Source of the DNA: an uncultured delta proteobacterium
Lineage (GTDB): Bacteria; Desulfobacterota; Binatia; UBA9968
Length of the DNA: 64,000 nt
Direction of reading: 5' to 3'
Assembly: GCA_963804165.1 (NCBI GenBank)
Contig: CAWDPO010000043.1
Span: 371,750 to 435,749 of the forward strand
Shown here: in pieces, positions 1 to 9,611 of the stretch
Numbering within the stretch: the first letter of the stretch is position 1
How the letters are laid out: every line of letters begins with the position of its first letter
Translations under genes and position numbers: made by a program
The notes under the pieces: generated by a model
Told to the model about the DNA's origin: nothing
Databases searched by the model: none
The model's input: only the letters and a program-made list of their open reading frames with translations

Positions 1-636
1 GGATCAATGACTTTCGCGACCTCAAAGGAAAGCTTTTGGCCGCCGACGCGGTCACCACGGGCTATGCGGTTGTCGCCATGGCCATCTTGAAAAAGCATGG
101 CCTCGAGTGGAAGCGAGACTATGAGGTGAAGTCTTTCGGCAACACCGCCGCGCGCGCCGATGCCATGAGCCGAGGCGACGCCTCCGGCGCGATGATGAGC
201 ATGCCGGACGAAGAGATCCAAAAACGCGGATTCAAAGTGCTCGCCCAAGCGGAAGATTACGTCAAACACTACGCCCGCGGGCTCGGCGCCACGCGCAGGG
301 TGTGGGCCAATGCTAACGAAGATCTGGTCGTGCGCTTTACTCGCGCGATGATCCGCGCCACGGATTGGCTGCAGGATGCCAAAAACAAGGATGAAGTCGA
401 TCCAGCTGTTGCTCGGCGAAACCAAGAACAATAAGGCCCGCGCCGAAGCTATGTACGCGGCGACGCTAAGTCCGGCCATGGGCCTGACACCGCGCAGCCG
501 CATCGATATGGAAGGCATCCGCACGGTGCTCGAATTGCGCGAAGTCGCCGGGCTGATGAAGCCACCCGTGCCAAAGCCGGAAAAATACGTCGACGACAGA
601 TTCTACAAAAAGGCGTTGGCGACTTTGGACAAGTAA
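1..636 (+). CDS. NMT1/SsuA-like ABC substrate-binding protein, 5'-partial, one indel near 410
   Basis: ORFs 36..434 and 376..636 join into one SBP (DLKGK.LA..., VVRFTRAMIRATDW, ...KYVDDRFYKKA); the frame is open at the window start. Confidence 0.75.
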
Positions 637-686
637 GTTAGTTCCGTGGCTGGAAACCTCCGCGGAGATACCGCTCCGGGCCAGGG

Positions 687-1337
687 ATGGAGAAAATGAA
701 ACGCGCTTTTCTTCCTTTTCAAATGACGATCCTGCTCGCGCTGACCGCGGGCATCGGGCAACTCCCACCGGTGCAAGCGCAAGCGCCCCAGGGCAAACCC
801 GTGACGATACGTGGCAAGATTGCCGCGGTTGAGAAAGGCGCGCTTAAGGTGACCACTGCGGCGGGCGACGTCATGGTCAAGTTCGCCGACAATGTCCGCA
901 TCGGCGGGGTGGAAGCCGCCAAGTTTTCCGACATCGGCGCGGGAAACTACGTCGGCACCACCGCGGTCAAACAGGCGGACGGCACACTCAAAGCCCTCGA
1001 GATCCACATTTTTCCGGAAAGCTCGCGGGGCACCGGCGAAGGCCATCGGCCGTGGGATCTCCAACCCGGCTCGACGATGACCAACGCCAACGTCGAAAAG
1101 GTGGAGCAAGTCGCCGTGGAGAAAGTTCAAGGACAATTGCTGACTTTGAAATATAAAGACGGCGAGCAAAAAATCTTTGTACCGCCCGGAACACCGATCG
1201 TAAAGAATGTGGCGGGCGATCAGTCCCTGCTGAAACCGGGCGCCGGCGTCTATATTCCGGCGGTGCGCGGCGAAGACGGCACCCTTACCGCGACGCGCAT
1301 CACCGCCGGAGTCGGCGCAACGATGCCGCCCATGTAA
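687..1337 (+). CDS. Exported DUF5666-like beta-barrel protein
   Basis: Signal peptide; motif GTLKALEIHIFPE..RGTGEGHRPWDL.PGSTMTNANV. Confidence 0.65.
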   Translation: MEKMKRAFLPFQMTILLALTAGIGQLPPVQAQAPQGKPVTIRGKIAAVEKGALKVTTAAGDVMVKFADNVRIGGVEAAKFSDIGAGNYVGTTAVKQADGTLKALEIHIFPESSRGTGEGHRPWDLQPGSTMTNANVEKVEQVAVEKVQGQLLTLKYKDGEQKIFVPPGTPIVKNVAGDQSLLKPGAGVYIPAVRGEDGTLTATRITAGVGATMPPM

Positions 1338-1370
1338 CCCCATGCGCATCGCAAGAATCCGCAGCCAAAA

Positions 1371-2426
1371 GTGAAAGTCTTCTCGCGATTATTCTGGCGG
1401 AGCTTTGGAGCGCTCGCGCTGCTGCTGGCGTTAGATCCGGTCAAGCTTGAGGCAAATCCGTACCTCGCCAAGCCGGGTGAGCCCGTCGTACCGATTCGTG
1501 TTGCCGCCTGCGCCATCAGCGGCGGTTTCATGCATCTCTACACGGCGCTGGATCATCATCTGTTCGACAAATACGGACTCAAAGTCGAGTTCCTGCTCGT
1601 CCGCGGCGCCGGAGTATCCGTGGCGGCGCTTACCGCCAACGAGTTGCAATTTCTCTATTGCACCGCTGATGCGATCATTCCGAGCCTGGCCGCCGGCGCC
1701 GAAGCCAAGATGATCGCGTCGCCGCTCGTCGGCTTGCCGTGGGTGATCATCGCGCGCAAGGAACTCAAACGAGTCGAGGACCTGAAGGGCAAGACTTTCA
1801 TCGCGACCCGGCCTGGCGGAACGCCGGACACGCTCATTCGGGTCTTGATGAAGAAACTCAACTTCGGCGCCGATGATGTAAAAATCCGCCACATCGGCGG
1901 CGCCGGTCAAACCGAAGTCTATACCGCTTTGCAGCAAGATCTCGGACACGCAACCATGGTGACTCCGCCCCTCGACGCGCGCGCGAAACGGGATGGTCTC
2001 AATACCATTTATCATCTTGATGATCTGAACTTGCCCGCCATTTACAGCAGTTTTTTTACCAACGAGCGGATGCTCAAAGAACGTCCCTGGATCGTCCAAA
2101 AATTTGTCGCCGCTTTGGCGGAAACCGTTTATTTCGTCGAGAAAAATCCCGACAAAGCAAAACAGTCCGTCAGTAGAGCTTTGGCCCTCAAAGACGCGGA
2201 CTCCGCGCAATCCGCCTACGATGTCTACGCCAAGCGGCTGGTCAACCGGCGGGTCAACGTTCCAGCGTCGCGCGTCGCCGAGGCGATCGAAAACTTGCGT
2301 CAGTCCGGCGCCAACGTGCGGCGCAAACCCGCCGAGACTTACGATAACAGCTTCGCGCAAAATCTGCGGCAGAGCGGCTATCTGATGGAGCTATGGGGCG
2401 GAGAAGCGCCGGGAAAAAAGTGGTGA
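1371..2426 (+). CDS. NMT1/SsuA-like ABC substrate-binding protein
   Basis: Signal peptide, LFDKYGLKVE and VEDLKGK motifs, 351 aa. Confidence 0.85.
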   Translation: MKVFSRLFWRSFGALALLLALDPVKLEANPYLAKPGEPVVPIRVAACAISGGFMHLYTALDHHLFDKYGLKVEFLLVRGAGVSVAALTANELQFLYCTADAIIPSLAAGAEAKMIASPLVGLPWVIIARKELKRVEDLKGKTFIATRPGGTPDTLIRVLMKKLNFGADDVKIRHIGGAGQTEVYTALQQDLGHATMVTPPLDARAKRDGLNTIYHLDDLNLPAIYSSFFTNERMLKERPWIVQKFVAALAETVYFVEKNPDKAKQSVSRALALKDADSAQSAYDVYAKRLVNRRVNVPASRVAEAIENLRQSGANVRRKPAETYDNSFAQNLRQSGYLMELWGGEAPGKKW

Positions 2427-2486
2427 GTCGGTGCAGCCGATGGGATGTAAGATCTTGCTAAGCTTGATTTAAGTAGGGAAAGGACG

Positions 2487-2885
2487 ATGCCCATGGCGCA
2501 AATCAAACACATCGCGATCCGCACCCATGACGTGGAAAAAACCGCGGCCTTTTACAAGGAAGCCTTCGGCCTCGAACAAGTCGGCGTCGGCCAGAGCGGC
2601 ATTTATTTGACCGACGGCTATTTGAATATCGCGATCTTGAACTTTCGCGCGGTCGTCGAGGGTGAAACCATGAAGCTCGGCGTCGATCACATCGGCTTTC
2701 AAGTCGACGACGTCGACGCGGCGGTGGCGCGCATTAAAGGCCTTGGCGGCAAATCGTTAAACGACCGGCACGAGTCCGCGCCGAAAGAACCCGCCCAGCC
2801 GCAATCATACTTCGAAGTGAAGTGCATCGGTCCGGAAGATCAGGTCATCGACGTCTCCAACGCGGGCTGGGTCGGCGCCAAGTGA
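2487..2885 (+). CDS. VOC/glyoxalase family protein
   Basis: IKHIAIRT...FYKEAFGL and GVDHIGFQVDD motifs. Confidence 0.85.
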   Translation: MPMAQIKHIAIRTHDVEKTAAFYKEAFGLEQVGVGQSGIYLTDGYLNIAILNFRAVVEGETMKLGVDHIGFQVDDVDAAVARIKGLGGKSLNDRHESAPKEPAQPQSYFEVKCIGPEDQVIDVSNAGWVGAK

Positions 2886-2890
2886 CGCCG

Positions 2891-3044
2891 CAGGCTGCTG
2901 AAAACGACTCATATGCAAACGCCGATTGCCCTGAGCTTCGCCGAAGGGTACGCTCAATCGTCTCGCGTCAACGTACTGCCGATGTACGCCTCCGCTCGCC
3001 GATTTCTCGCGCACCTCGCCTCTGAGATCTTTTTGAGCAGCCTG
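2891..3044. mobile_element. MITE family A, copy 1
   Basis: Terminal inverted repeats CAGGCTGCTGAAAA / TTTTGAGCAGCCTG; same ends at 22719-22863; an extra right-end-like sequence lies at 3054-3066. Confidence 0.65.
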
Positions 3045-3066
3045 CAATCCAGGTTTCAGCAACCTG

Positions 3067-3230
3067 CTAGTGAGGTGGTCCAGAAGTTCGCTGAATAAAA
3101 TCTCCCCTTCCCCTCTTTTTCAAAGAGGGGTCTAAAGGATTTTGATAACAATCCCCCTTTGAAAAGGGGGATAGAGGGGATTTGAGTTCAGCTGCACCCG
3201 CAACCGCTCGCCCTGAGCATTGTCGAAGGG
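3067..3230. mobile_element. MITE family B, truncated copy with CCCCTCTTT..AAAGAGGGG hairpins
   Basis: Left end CTAGTGAGGTGGTCCAGAAGTTCG; interior similar to 26121-26326; followed by a CCCTGAGC..GTCGAAGGG REP-like half. Confidence 0.55.
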
Positions 3231-3272
3231 CTCCGATCGCATCCGCAATTCTAACCAAGCCTCCCCACATCC

Positions 3273-4565
3273 GTGAGCACGAACACCCTGCGCAACCGCC
3301 TTTCCGGCCTCTACTACGGCTGGCGCATGATCGGTCTTGTTTCCGCGTTGCGCGTGCTCGGCGGCGGCTTGCATCAATACGGTTTTACGGTTTTCTTTCT
3401 GCCCGTCACCCAAGACCTCGGTCTCACCCGCGCCTCCACTTCTTTGGCGTTTTCCTTGGCGCGCGCCGAAGGCTCGCTCGCTGCGCCCATCGTCGGCTAC
3501 CTGATCGACCGCTACGGCCCTAGACCGATGATGTTCACGGCCGCGCTGCTCGCCGGCATCGGCTACATCCTGTTTTCTTTCGTGAACAGCTACGCGACCT
3601 TTCTCATCGTTTATCTCGGCGTCATCTCGCTCGCCTTCACCGCCGGTTTCGTTCACGCGCCCACGGTTATCGCCAACAGTTGGTTCATTCGTCTGCGCGC
3701 CCGCGCGATGACCGTCGTCAGCGCCGCAGTGCCGGTCGGCGGCGCGCTGATCACACCGCTTCTAGGGATCGCAGTCCATACATTCGGGTGGCGCTGGGCG
3801 GCGTTTTTCGCCGGTGTGCTGTTTCTGGTAGCCGGCCTGCCGCTGTGCATCGGAATAAAGCGATCTCCGGAAAGCATCGGCATGGCGGCCGACGGCGTGC
3901 CGCTCCGAAATGAGAGGATCGAAGGTGCAGAGGAAAAAACTTCGACCAATCAAGAGCCCGAAATCACGGCGCGCGAAGCATTTCGCTCGCCGATCTTCTG
4001 GAATCTGATCTGCTCAATGACCTGCCGCTCGGTCGCGTTCACGACGGTCACGACTCATTTCATTCCGATGATGGTTTGGAAAGGCGTAAGCCAGACCGAA
4101 GCGTCGGTGCTGCTCGCCGGATTTGCGCTCATCAATTTGCCGATTCACTTTCTACTCGGCTGGATCGCTGATTTCGTTAACAAGCCCAAGCTGGTCACCA
4201 TCTGCCTGTTCTTAGGTGTCGTCGCCGTCTTACCGATGTTATGGAGCAACTCCCTTTGGGCGTTGTGGTTCTTTACCGGACTCTACAGCGTGCTCGATGC
4301 ATCGATCCCGGTTTTTTGGGCTTCGGTAGGAGACTTCTTCGGCCGCAAATCCTTCGGCGCGATCCGCGGCAACATGAATTTATTCTACACCTGGGGAGCC
4401 ATCTTGGGTCCGTTTGTCGCCGGCGCGATTTACGATCAGACCCAAAGCTACGCACTAGTGTTCAGCGGCATTACCGTATCGCTCCTCATCTCCACCGCCA
4501 TGACGGCGCTCTTGATCAAGCCGTGGGCGAAGCTTGGAACGATCGCTCAGACGCCAATCCACTAA
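3273..4565 (+). CDS. MFS transporter
   Basis: 430 aa, about 12 hydrophobic segments, motif A GYLIDRYGPR. Confidence 0.9.
   Translation: MSTNTLRNRLSGLYYGWRMIGLVSALRVLGGGLHQYGFTVFFLPVTQDLGLTRASTSLAFSLARAEGSLAAPIVGYLIDRYGPRPMMFTAALLAGIGYILFSFVNSYATFLIVYLGVISLAFTAGFVHAPTVIANSWFIRLRARAMTVVSAAVPVGGALITPLLGIAVHTFGWRWAAFFAGVLFLVAGLPLCIGIKRSPESIGMAADGVPLRNERIEGAEEKTSTNQEPEITAREAFRSPIFWNLICSMTCRSVAFTTVTTHFIPMMVWKGVSQTEASVLLAGFALINLPIHFLLGWIADFVNKPKLVTICLFLGVVAVLPMLWSNSLWALWFFTGLYSVLDASIPVFWASVGDFFGRKSFGAIRGNMNLFYTWGAILGPFVAGAIYDQTQSYALVFSGITVSLLISTAMTALLIKPWAKLGTIAQTPIH
4302..4414 (+). repeat. 113-bp MFS segment duplicated at 6388-6500
   Basis: Manual alignment gives about 8 mismatches in 113 nt, nearly all synonymous. 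Confidence 0.9.
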
Positions 4566-4635
4566 AGCCATTCGCTAGATTGATAAGGTTCTTATATTAG
4601 ACCCTGACAGCGATTAAGGGTTACGGTCAAGTCTT

Positions 4636-4735
4636 TATACGCTATCGCGTGTAGAATACGTTTATACGCTATACAGGATAACTAATATAATACGCTATAA
4701 AGTATATTGACAAAATATACGCCATAAAGTATATC
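4636..4735 (+). promoter_or_regulatory. hipBA promoter with four HipB-type operators
   Basis: TATAC-N8-GTATA-like sites at 4636, 4663, 4689 and 4716 (26-27 bp period); TTGACA at 4707-4712; analogous to E. coli TATCC-N8-GGATA operators. Confidence 0.8.
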
Positions 4736-4755
4736 TAAATCAGGAGTCAATCTTT

Positions 4756-5004
4756 ATGGAGCAGATCGCTAGAACCTCAAAGCAGATCGGAGCCGCTATT
4801 CGCCGGTGTCGCCGTGCCGCTGGTCTGTCTCAAGCCCAGCTTGGAGCCAAAACCAATTTGCGCCAAGCAACAATATCAGCCCTTGAGCACGGCGAGCCGG
4901 GCACCGAGCTGCGAACCCTCACGGATGCGATGACTGCGCTCGGCCTTGAAATGGTCGTCCGCGAGCGTTCGAAAGCACCAGCTGCCATCGAGGATCTGTT
5001 CTGA
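4756..5004 (+). CDS. hipB: HipB-family Xre HTH antitoxin
   Basis: 82-aa HTH (LSQAQLG...RQATISALE); stop overlaps the hipA start. Confidence 0.9.
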   Translation: MEQIARTSKQIGAAIRRCRRAAGLSQAQLGAKTNLRQATISALEHGEPGTELRTLTDAMTALGLEMVVRERSKAPAAIEDLF

Positions 5005-6329
5005 TGGCCCGTCGGCGAACCCGCATTCCTCTGAACGTCTATTTGAACTCGCGCCTCGTGGGGCAGCTGCGACGCCAGGCAAGCGGTGCGATTGAATTCC
5101 AGTACGACCCAAGCTGGCTGTCGTGGGAGAACGCCTTTCCGATTTCGCTCTCCCTGCCGATGCGAGAGGATCGATACACAGGCGATCCGGTGATCGCCGT
5201 CTTTGAGAATCTTCTTCCTGACAGCGACGCCATACGGCGCCGTCTGGCTGAGCGGGTCCACGCAGACAGCTCCGATGCTTATGGACTTCTTGCCAAGATC
5301 GGCCGCGACTGCGTCGGCGCGCTCCAGCTCCTACCCGATAGCGTTGAGCCCGGACCTGCAGGAACGGTAGCAGGTCGGCTTGTCGACGAGGAATATGTCG
5401 CCCGCAAGATCGGCGATCTCACCGCCACGCCTCTCGGCGTCGACGAAGATGAGGAATTCAGAATTTCTCTAGCGGGTGCGCAGGAGAAAACCGCCTTCCT
5501 GTTCTGGAAAAACAAGTGGCATGTGCCGCACGGCACAACACCAACTACGCATATCTTAAAGCCCCAGATCGGCATGTTACCGAACGGCATCGATCTCACA
5601 CACAGCGTCGCGAATGAATATCTCTGCCTGAAGCTCACAGAGGCATTCGGTCTGCACAGCGCAAAGATTGCGATTGCGGATTTCAAAGACAACCATGTTC
5701 TTGTCGTTGAGCGCTTCGACCGGCGCTGGACAGCGGACAACCGCCTGCTGCGATTGCCGCAGGAAGATTGTTGCCAATCTCTTTCGGTGCCGCCGACCCG
5801 TAAATATGAGCCAGACGGCGGTCCCGGAATGGGCGCAATTTTGGAATTGCTCAAGGGAAGTGACGACCCGGAAGCGGACCAGCGATTTTTTCTAAAAGCG
5901 CAAATCGTGTTCTGGCTCCTGGGCGCGACTGACGGCCACGCGAAAAACTTCAGCGTCTTCCTTCAACCTGGCGGTCGCTTTCGTCTTACGCCGCTCTACG
6001 ATGTAATGTCACTCCAGCCCGCCGTTGATGCGGGCCAGCTCCGGAGAAACCAGATGAAGTTTGCCCTCGCGGTCGGCGACAACCGACATTATGTGATCCA
6101 GGAAATCATGCCGCGGCACTTCGTCCAGACGGCGGCAAAGAATGGCATTCCCGCATCCGTCGTTCAGACGATCTTCGACGAACTTCTCCAAGCTGAGGAG
6201 GCCGCCATAAGCAAAGTCATGAGCGATCTGCCGGCCGGATTTCCAGAGGACCTTGTTCGGAGCATCGAGAGAGGCATTCGCACGCGCTTGCGGTTAGCGG
6301 AAGGCACCCATGCAATCGCCTCACGGTAG
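5004..6329 (+). CDS. hipA: HipA-family Ser/Thr kinase toxin
   Basis: RISLAGAQEK, THILKP, VERFDR, ATDGHAKNFS and LTPLYDV motifs all intact. Confidence 0.95.
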   Translation: MARRRTRIPLNVYLNSRLVGQLRRQASGAIEFQYDPSWLSWENAFPISLSLPMREDRYTGDPVIAVFENLLPDSDAIRRRLAERVHADSSDAYGLLAKIGRDCVGALQLLPDSVEPGPAGTVAGRLVDEEYVARKIGDLTATPLGVDEDEEFRISLAGAQEKTAFLFWKNKWHVPHGTTPTTHILKPQIGMLPNGIDLTHSVANEYLCLKLTEAFGLHSAKIAIADFKDNHVLVVERFDRRWTADNRLLRLPQEDCCQSLSVPPTRKYEPDGGPGMGAILELLKGSDDPEADQRFFLKAQIVFWLLGATDGHAKNFSVFLQPGGRFRLTPLYDVMSLQPAVDAGQLRRNQMKFALAVGDNRHYVIQEIMPRHFVQTAAKNGIPASVVQTIFDELLQAEEAAISKVMSDLPAGFPEDLVRSIERGIRTRLRLAEGTHAIASR

Positions 6330-6387
6330 CGCCTACCCTCCACTTGCAAGTATCACCGGATGCTCAGGCGAATCTGGTTATTGGTTG

Positions 6388-6500
6388 TCGATCCCGGTTT
6401 TTTGGGCTTCGGTTGGAGACTTCTTCGGCCGCAAATCCTTCGGCACGATCCGCGGCAACATGAATCTCTTCTACACCTGGGGCGCGATCCTTGGTCCGTT
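6388..6500 (+). pseudogene. Duplicated internal fragment of the upstream MFS gene
   Basis: Encodes SIPVFWASVGDFFGRKSFGTIRGNMNLFYTWGAILGPF, matching 4302-4414. Confidence 0.85.
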
Positions 6501-6548
6501 CGCTTTGAATCTCGAACTGACTCTTTGATTTTCTTCCTAGATCTCGCG

Positions 6549-6983
6549 TCAATAGCTAAAAGCGGACTTGACCCCCCTTTCTGCTGCCCTTGGGAACCGC
6601 TCCGGGATGACAGTTTGGCGCGTTACGCGGCTGAGTGGCGCGACCAAACCGTCGAGCACTGCGAGAATTACGATGTGCCAGAATGCTACGAGCTTGGTTG
6701 CGACAAGACATCCATACGACAAGGCCAGCACTCCCTGGAAAAGGTATACGCCGATCAGGACTCTCTTACGATCGACGCGATCAGCAACAGCGCCAAATAT
6801 CGGCGCCAATAGAACCCGTGAAGGCCCCTTGCAAAACGCCACCAATCCCAAGAGAAACGGCGAGCCGGTCATGACAAACACAAGCCAATCCTCCGCCACC
6901 TCTTGCATGTCTTCGCCAAGGCGGGTGACCATAGATCCGGTGAAGAACACACGGTAGTCGCGATGTGTTAGCGCGTTGCTCAT
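6549..6983 (-). pseudogene. Truncated MFS transporter (N-terminal third; same family as 18549 and 21176)
   Basis: ALTHRDYRVFF and GAVADRVDRK motifs; homology stops near 6585, right at a GGGGGGTCAAG motif. Confidence 0.8.
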
Positions 6984-7247
6984 CGGTGATGAGGAGTCAA
7001 GTTTGTCAGGCCCGGTCGAAGCTGAGGCGTGAACCTGCCCCGAAAGGTCGAGTTGACGCCGCGAAACGGTTTGTACGTTATCGTCGCCTTGCTAAAGGAT
7101 CAAGCCGATCGCGGCATGACCGTGACAGGTCAGAAGCGGGAGGAAGTGAGCTCAGGGAAGCGGCAGCGAAGGGCAGTGCACCCCCAAATCTGCACGCGGT
7201 TCTGCGCACGGCAGGAAAAATCGTGAAGGACCGACGAGTAAATTTTA

Positions 7248-7268
7248 AGAATCAAAAGTCCTGACCCG
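7248..7268 (+). repeat. Junction motif AGAATCAAAAGTCCTGACCCG
   Basis: 17/21 identical to 9258-9278; further TGACCC(C) cores at 6569, 7274, 7379 and 7392. Confidence 0.6.
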
Positions 7269-7454
7269 CACCGTGACCCCAAAGGTCACTTCCATAAACA
7301 AATAAACAAAGCTGACACCTGCGCAGTGCTCACCTGCGCTGTGCTATCAAGACAGTCTACAGTGAAAACCCCCATTGATGACCCTCGTTGATGACCCCGC
7401 CGCGCGAGTTTGCGCATTTTCGAAAATAAACGTTTAATCGAAACGTCTAACTAA

Positions 7455-9200
7455 TTGCCCGAGTTTATGAAGAAGTGGAAAGCTTACGGCGCTTGGATCG
7501 CGTGGACGGTGATGATTATTTGTTATCCTCTCGGAAGCATTCACATTGGTTTAGCCAGTATAGATTTGAAGGGCGCGGATTGGGATCCCGCGGTGACAAG
7601 GTTCTTGAGATCAACGTTTGGTCGTCAACAGGAGAATTTCTTTTGGGGAGTCGCCTTAATTGCTCTCGCTATTCTTGCACAGATCATCGAGCGGTTTTTA
7701 AAACCCCTACCCGAAGACAACCTGGCCTTCGACCCGCGCGGAGGAGGAGTTCAAAAAGGAACACTAGAAGACTTTCTTCAAGAAGTAACCCACTCTGCAA
7801 ACGAAATAGTTAGAGAAGCAACGGACCATTTTGAAGTTGCTTTAAACGAGCTATCTACGGGTGATTTCAAGAATGCAGCAAGGGATTTCTCTCGTTCAGT
7901 GACAATTGTTCCTACTATGTCCGCTTATTTGAATCTCGGTGCCTCTCTATATTTCTGCTCGGAGTGGCTCGAAGCCAAAACTTCCTTTGGCTCGGGATTG
8001 GAGATCGCTCGTAGGCTGAAAGACGAACTCTTTGAGGCAAGATTCATTAACAACTTGGGCTTACTCGAATTACATATGCGCAATCTGGCCGAGGCAGGTC
8101 GACACTTTGAACGAGCCGGTCAGTTGTTTAGGCAGTATGGAAACATGGAAGGGGTCGCCGCCACCTTGGGAAATTTGGGAGACATCGCATATTTGATTGG
8201 CCACTACGGAGAAGCTCACGACTTACAGATGAAAGCGAGAAACAGTTTTAGAAAGATAAACCACCGAACGGGAGAGGCATACGCACAAATAGGTTTAGGC
8301 ACCGTGTTGGCAGCCCAAGGCAAATTGGTCGAGGCACAGTCCTGTTATGATGCGGCTTACAGAATTTTTAAGGCTAGCAATAACCTTATCGGTGTGGCTC
8401 ACGCCTTGGGCAATCAAGCAAGTAATTGGGCAAAAACTGGCGACTTTAGCAAGGCACTAGCGTTACATTATGAGGCATTGAAGTTAGATCGTGATAACGG
8501 GGATCGCGTGGGAGAGGCATTTAATCTACAAAACATTGGATCTGTTAAGTTTCAAACTGGTCAGATAGAAGAAGCTGTAGAACATTACACTACCGCTTTA
8601 AAGATCAACAAGGAGGTAAAAAATCGCTCCGGGGAAGCCGAATGCTTGGGTAATCTGAGCAATATTTACATGGGGCCAGGCAAGTTCAGAGATTTAATAA
8701 AGGCCGAAGAACTACTCCAGAAAACACATGAAATTTATCTCGGAATGGATTATACGGACGCGGCAGCTACAGTCAAGATTAACCTGGGAAACTTGTACTA
8801 TATGAAAGGCGACCTCGAGGAAGCGCGACAAGTCTTAAGAGAAGCACTGGCGCATCAGAAAAAGGTCGGGAACCTAGACGGTCAAGCTTCTGCTCTTGTC
8901 AATTTGGGTCTCGTAGACGCCGCCGAAGGGAGATACGACTCAGCACTAACTCACTACAACGATGCCCTAAAAATTCAAGACACCATTAAAAACAATCTCG
9001 GAAAGGCTATCGTCCTTGGAAATATTGGCAATGTGTTTGCTCGTAAAGGTAATCGAGATGCTGCTTTAAGTTATTTGCGAGCCTCCCTTTCGTTGTATAG
9101 TCAAATGGGAGTGAATGACGAAGGTGTAAAAACAGTCAATCAACTCCTTGCACAGTTGACCAACGAGGCGGATCAAAAACTTCCCAAAAGAGAGTCCTAA
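7455..9200 (+). CDS. Membrane-anchored tetratricopeptide-repeat protein
   Basis: Two N-terminal hydrophobic segments followed by many A..L.NLG..Y TPR units; visibly AT-richer than the flanks; start may be ATG 7467. Confidence 0.85.
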   Translation: MPEFMKKWKAYGAWIAWTVMIICYPLGSIHIGLASIDLKGADWDPAVTRFLRSTFGRQQENFFWGVALIALAILAQIIERFLKPLPEDNLAFDPRGGGVQKGTLEDFLQEVTHSANEIVREATDHFEVALNELSTGDFKNAARDFSRSVTIVPTMSAYLNLGASLYFCSEWLEAKTSFGSGLEIARRLKDELFEARFINNLGLLELHMRNLAEAGRHFERAGQLFRQYGNMEGVAATLGNLGDIAYLIGHYGEAHDLQMKARNSFRKINHRTGEAYAQIGLGTVLAAQGKLVEAQSCYDAAYRIFKASNNLIGVAHALGNQASNWAKTGDFSKALALHYEALKLDRDNGDRVGEAFNLQNIGSVKFQTGQIEEAVEHYTTALKINKEVKNRSGEAECLGNLSNIYMGPGKFRDLIKAEELLQKTHEIYLGMDYTDAAATVKINLGNLYYMKGDLEEARQVLREALAHQKKVGNLDGQASALVNLGLVDAAEGRYDSALTHYNDALKIQDTIKNNLGKAIVLGNIGNVFARKGNRDAALSYLRASLSLYSQMGVNDEGVKTVNQLLAQLTNEADQKLPKRES

Positions 9201-9257
9201 GCACGCTCAAGAAATCGTACAGCCCTTTCTCCAGCGAGAGTGGACCTACAATAGACA

Positions 9258-9278
9258 AGAACCAAGAGTCCTAACCCC
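9258..9278 (+). repeat. Junction motif AGAACCAAGAGTCCTAACCCC
   Basis: Direct repeat of 7248-7268, bracketing the TPR gene. Confidence 0.6.
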
Positions 9279-9287
9279 GTCCTCTGT

Positions 9288-9410
9288 GCTGCACCTCAAG
9301 TACGGTGCTGGCTACGTTGATCAAGAAGAATGAAGAACGTTACCGTGACCGGCTCTTGCGAAACCTAAAGCGGCGTGCGGCCGAACTCGGCTTCCAGGTC
9401 AAGGCCGCTC
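9288..9410 (+). mobile_element. IS110-family transposase C-terminal remnant
   Basis: Translates to LKYGAGYVDQ...EERYRDRLLRNLKRRAAELGFQV, the typical tail of IS110 transposases; disrupted. Confidence 0.6.
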
Positions 9411-9435
9411 GGGGTCAGGCCTGAATCTGGATTCT
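9411..9435 (-). repeat. Junction motif AGAATCCAGATTCAGGCCTGACCCC
   Basis: Related copies at 10950-10974 and 13884-13908 on the same strand. Confidence 0.75.
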
Positions 9436-9448
9436 AAATTTGGACATC

Positions 9449-9611
9449 TTAGGAAAGCACTTTCCCGAGCACCCTCATCATGTTGCCGCCCAGGATTTTG
9501 CCGATGCTTTCGTCCGAATAGTTTCGTCCGCTGAGCTCGACATGCAAGTTTTCCCTGTCGAGGAGTTTGGCGCCGATACCGTCGCGCCGGTAGATTCGAT
9601 CCTCGCTCCAG
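9449..9611 (-). pseudogene. Dipeptidase 3'-end copy 3
   Basis: WSEDRIYRRDGIGAKLLDRENL..ELSGRNYSDESIGKILGGNMMRVL matches the tail of the gene at 14792-15770. Confidence 0.9.

Noticed and set aside
4636-4733. Mini CRISPR array
   Set aside because: The 18-bp units have only 8-9 nt gaps, lie in the hipB promoter and have no cas genes nearby; they are better explained as operators.
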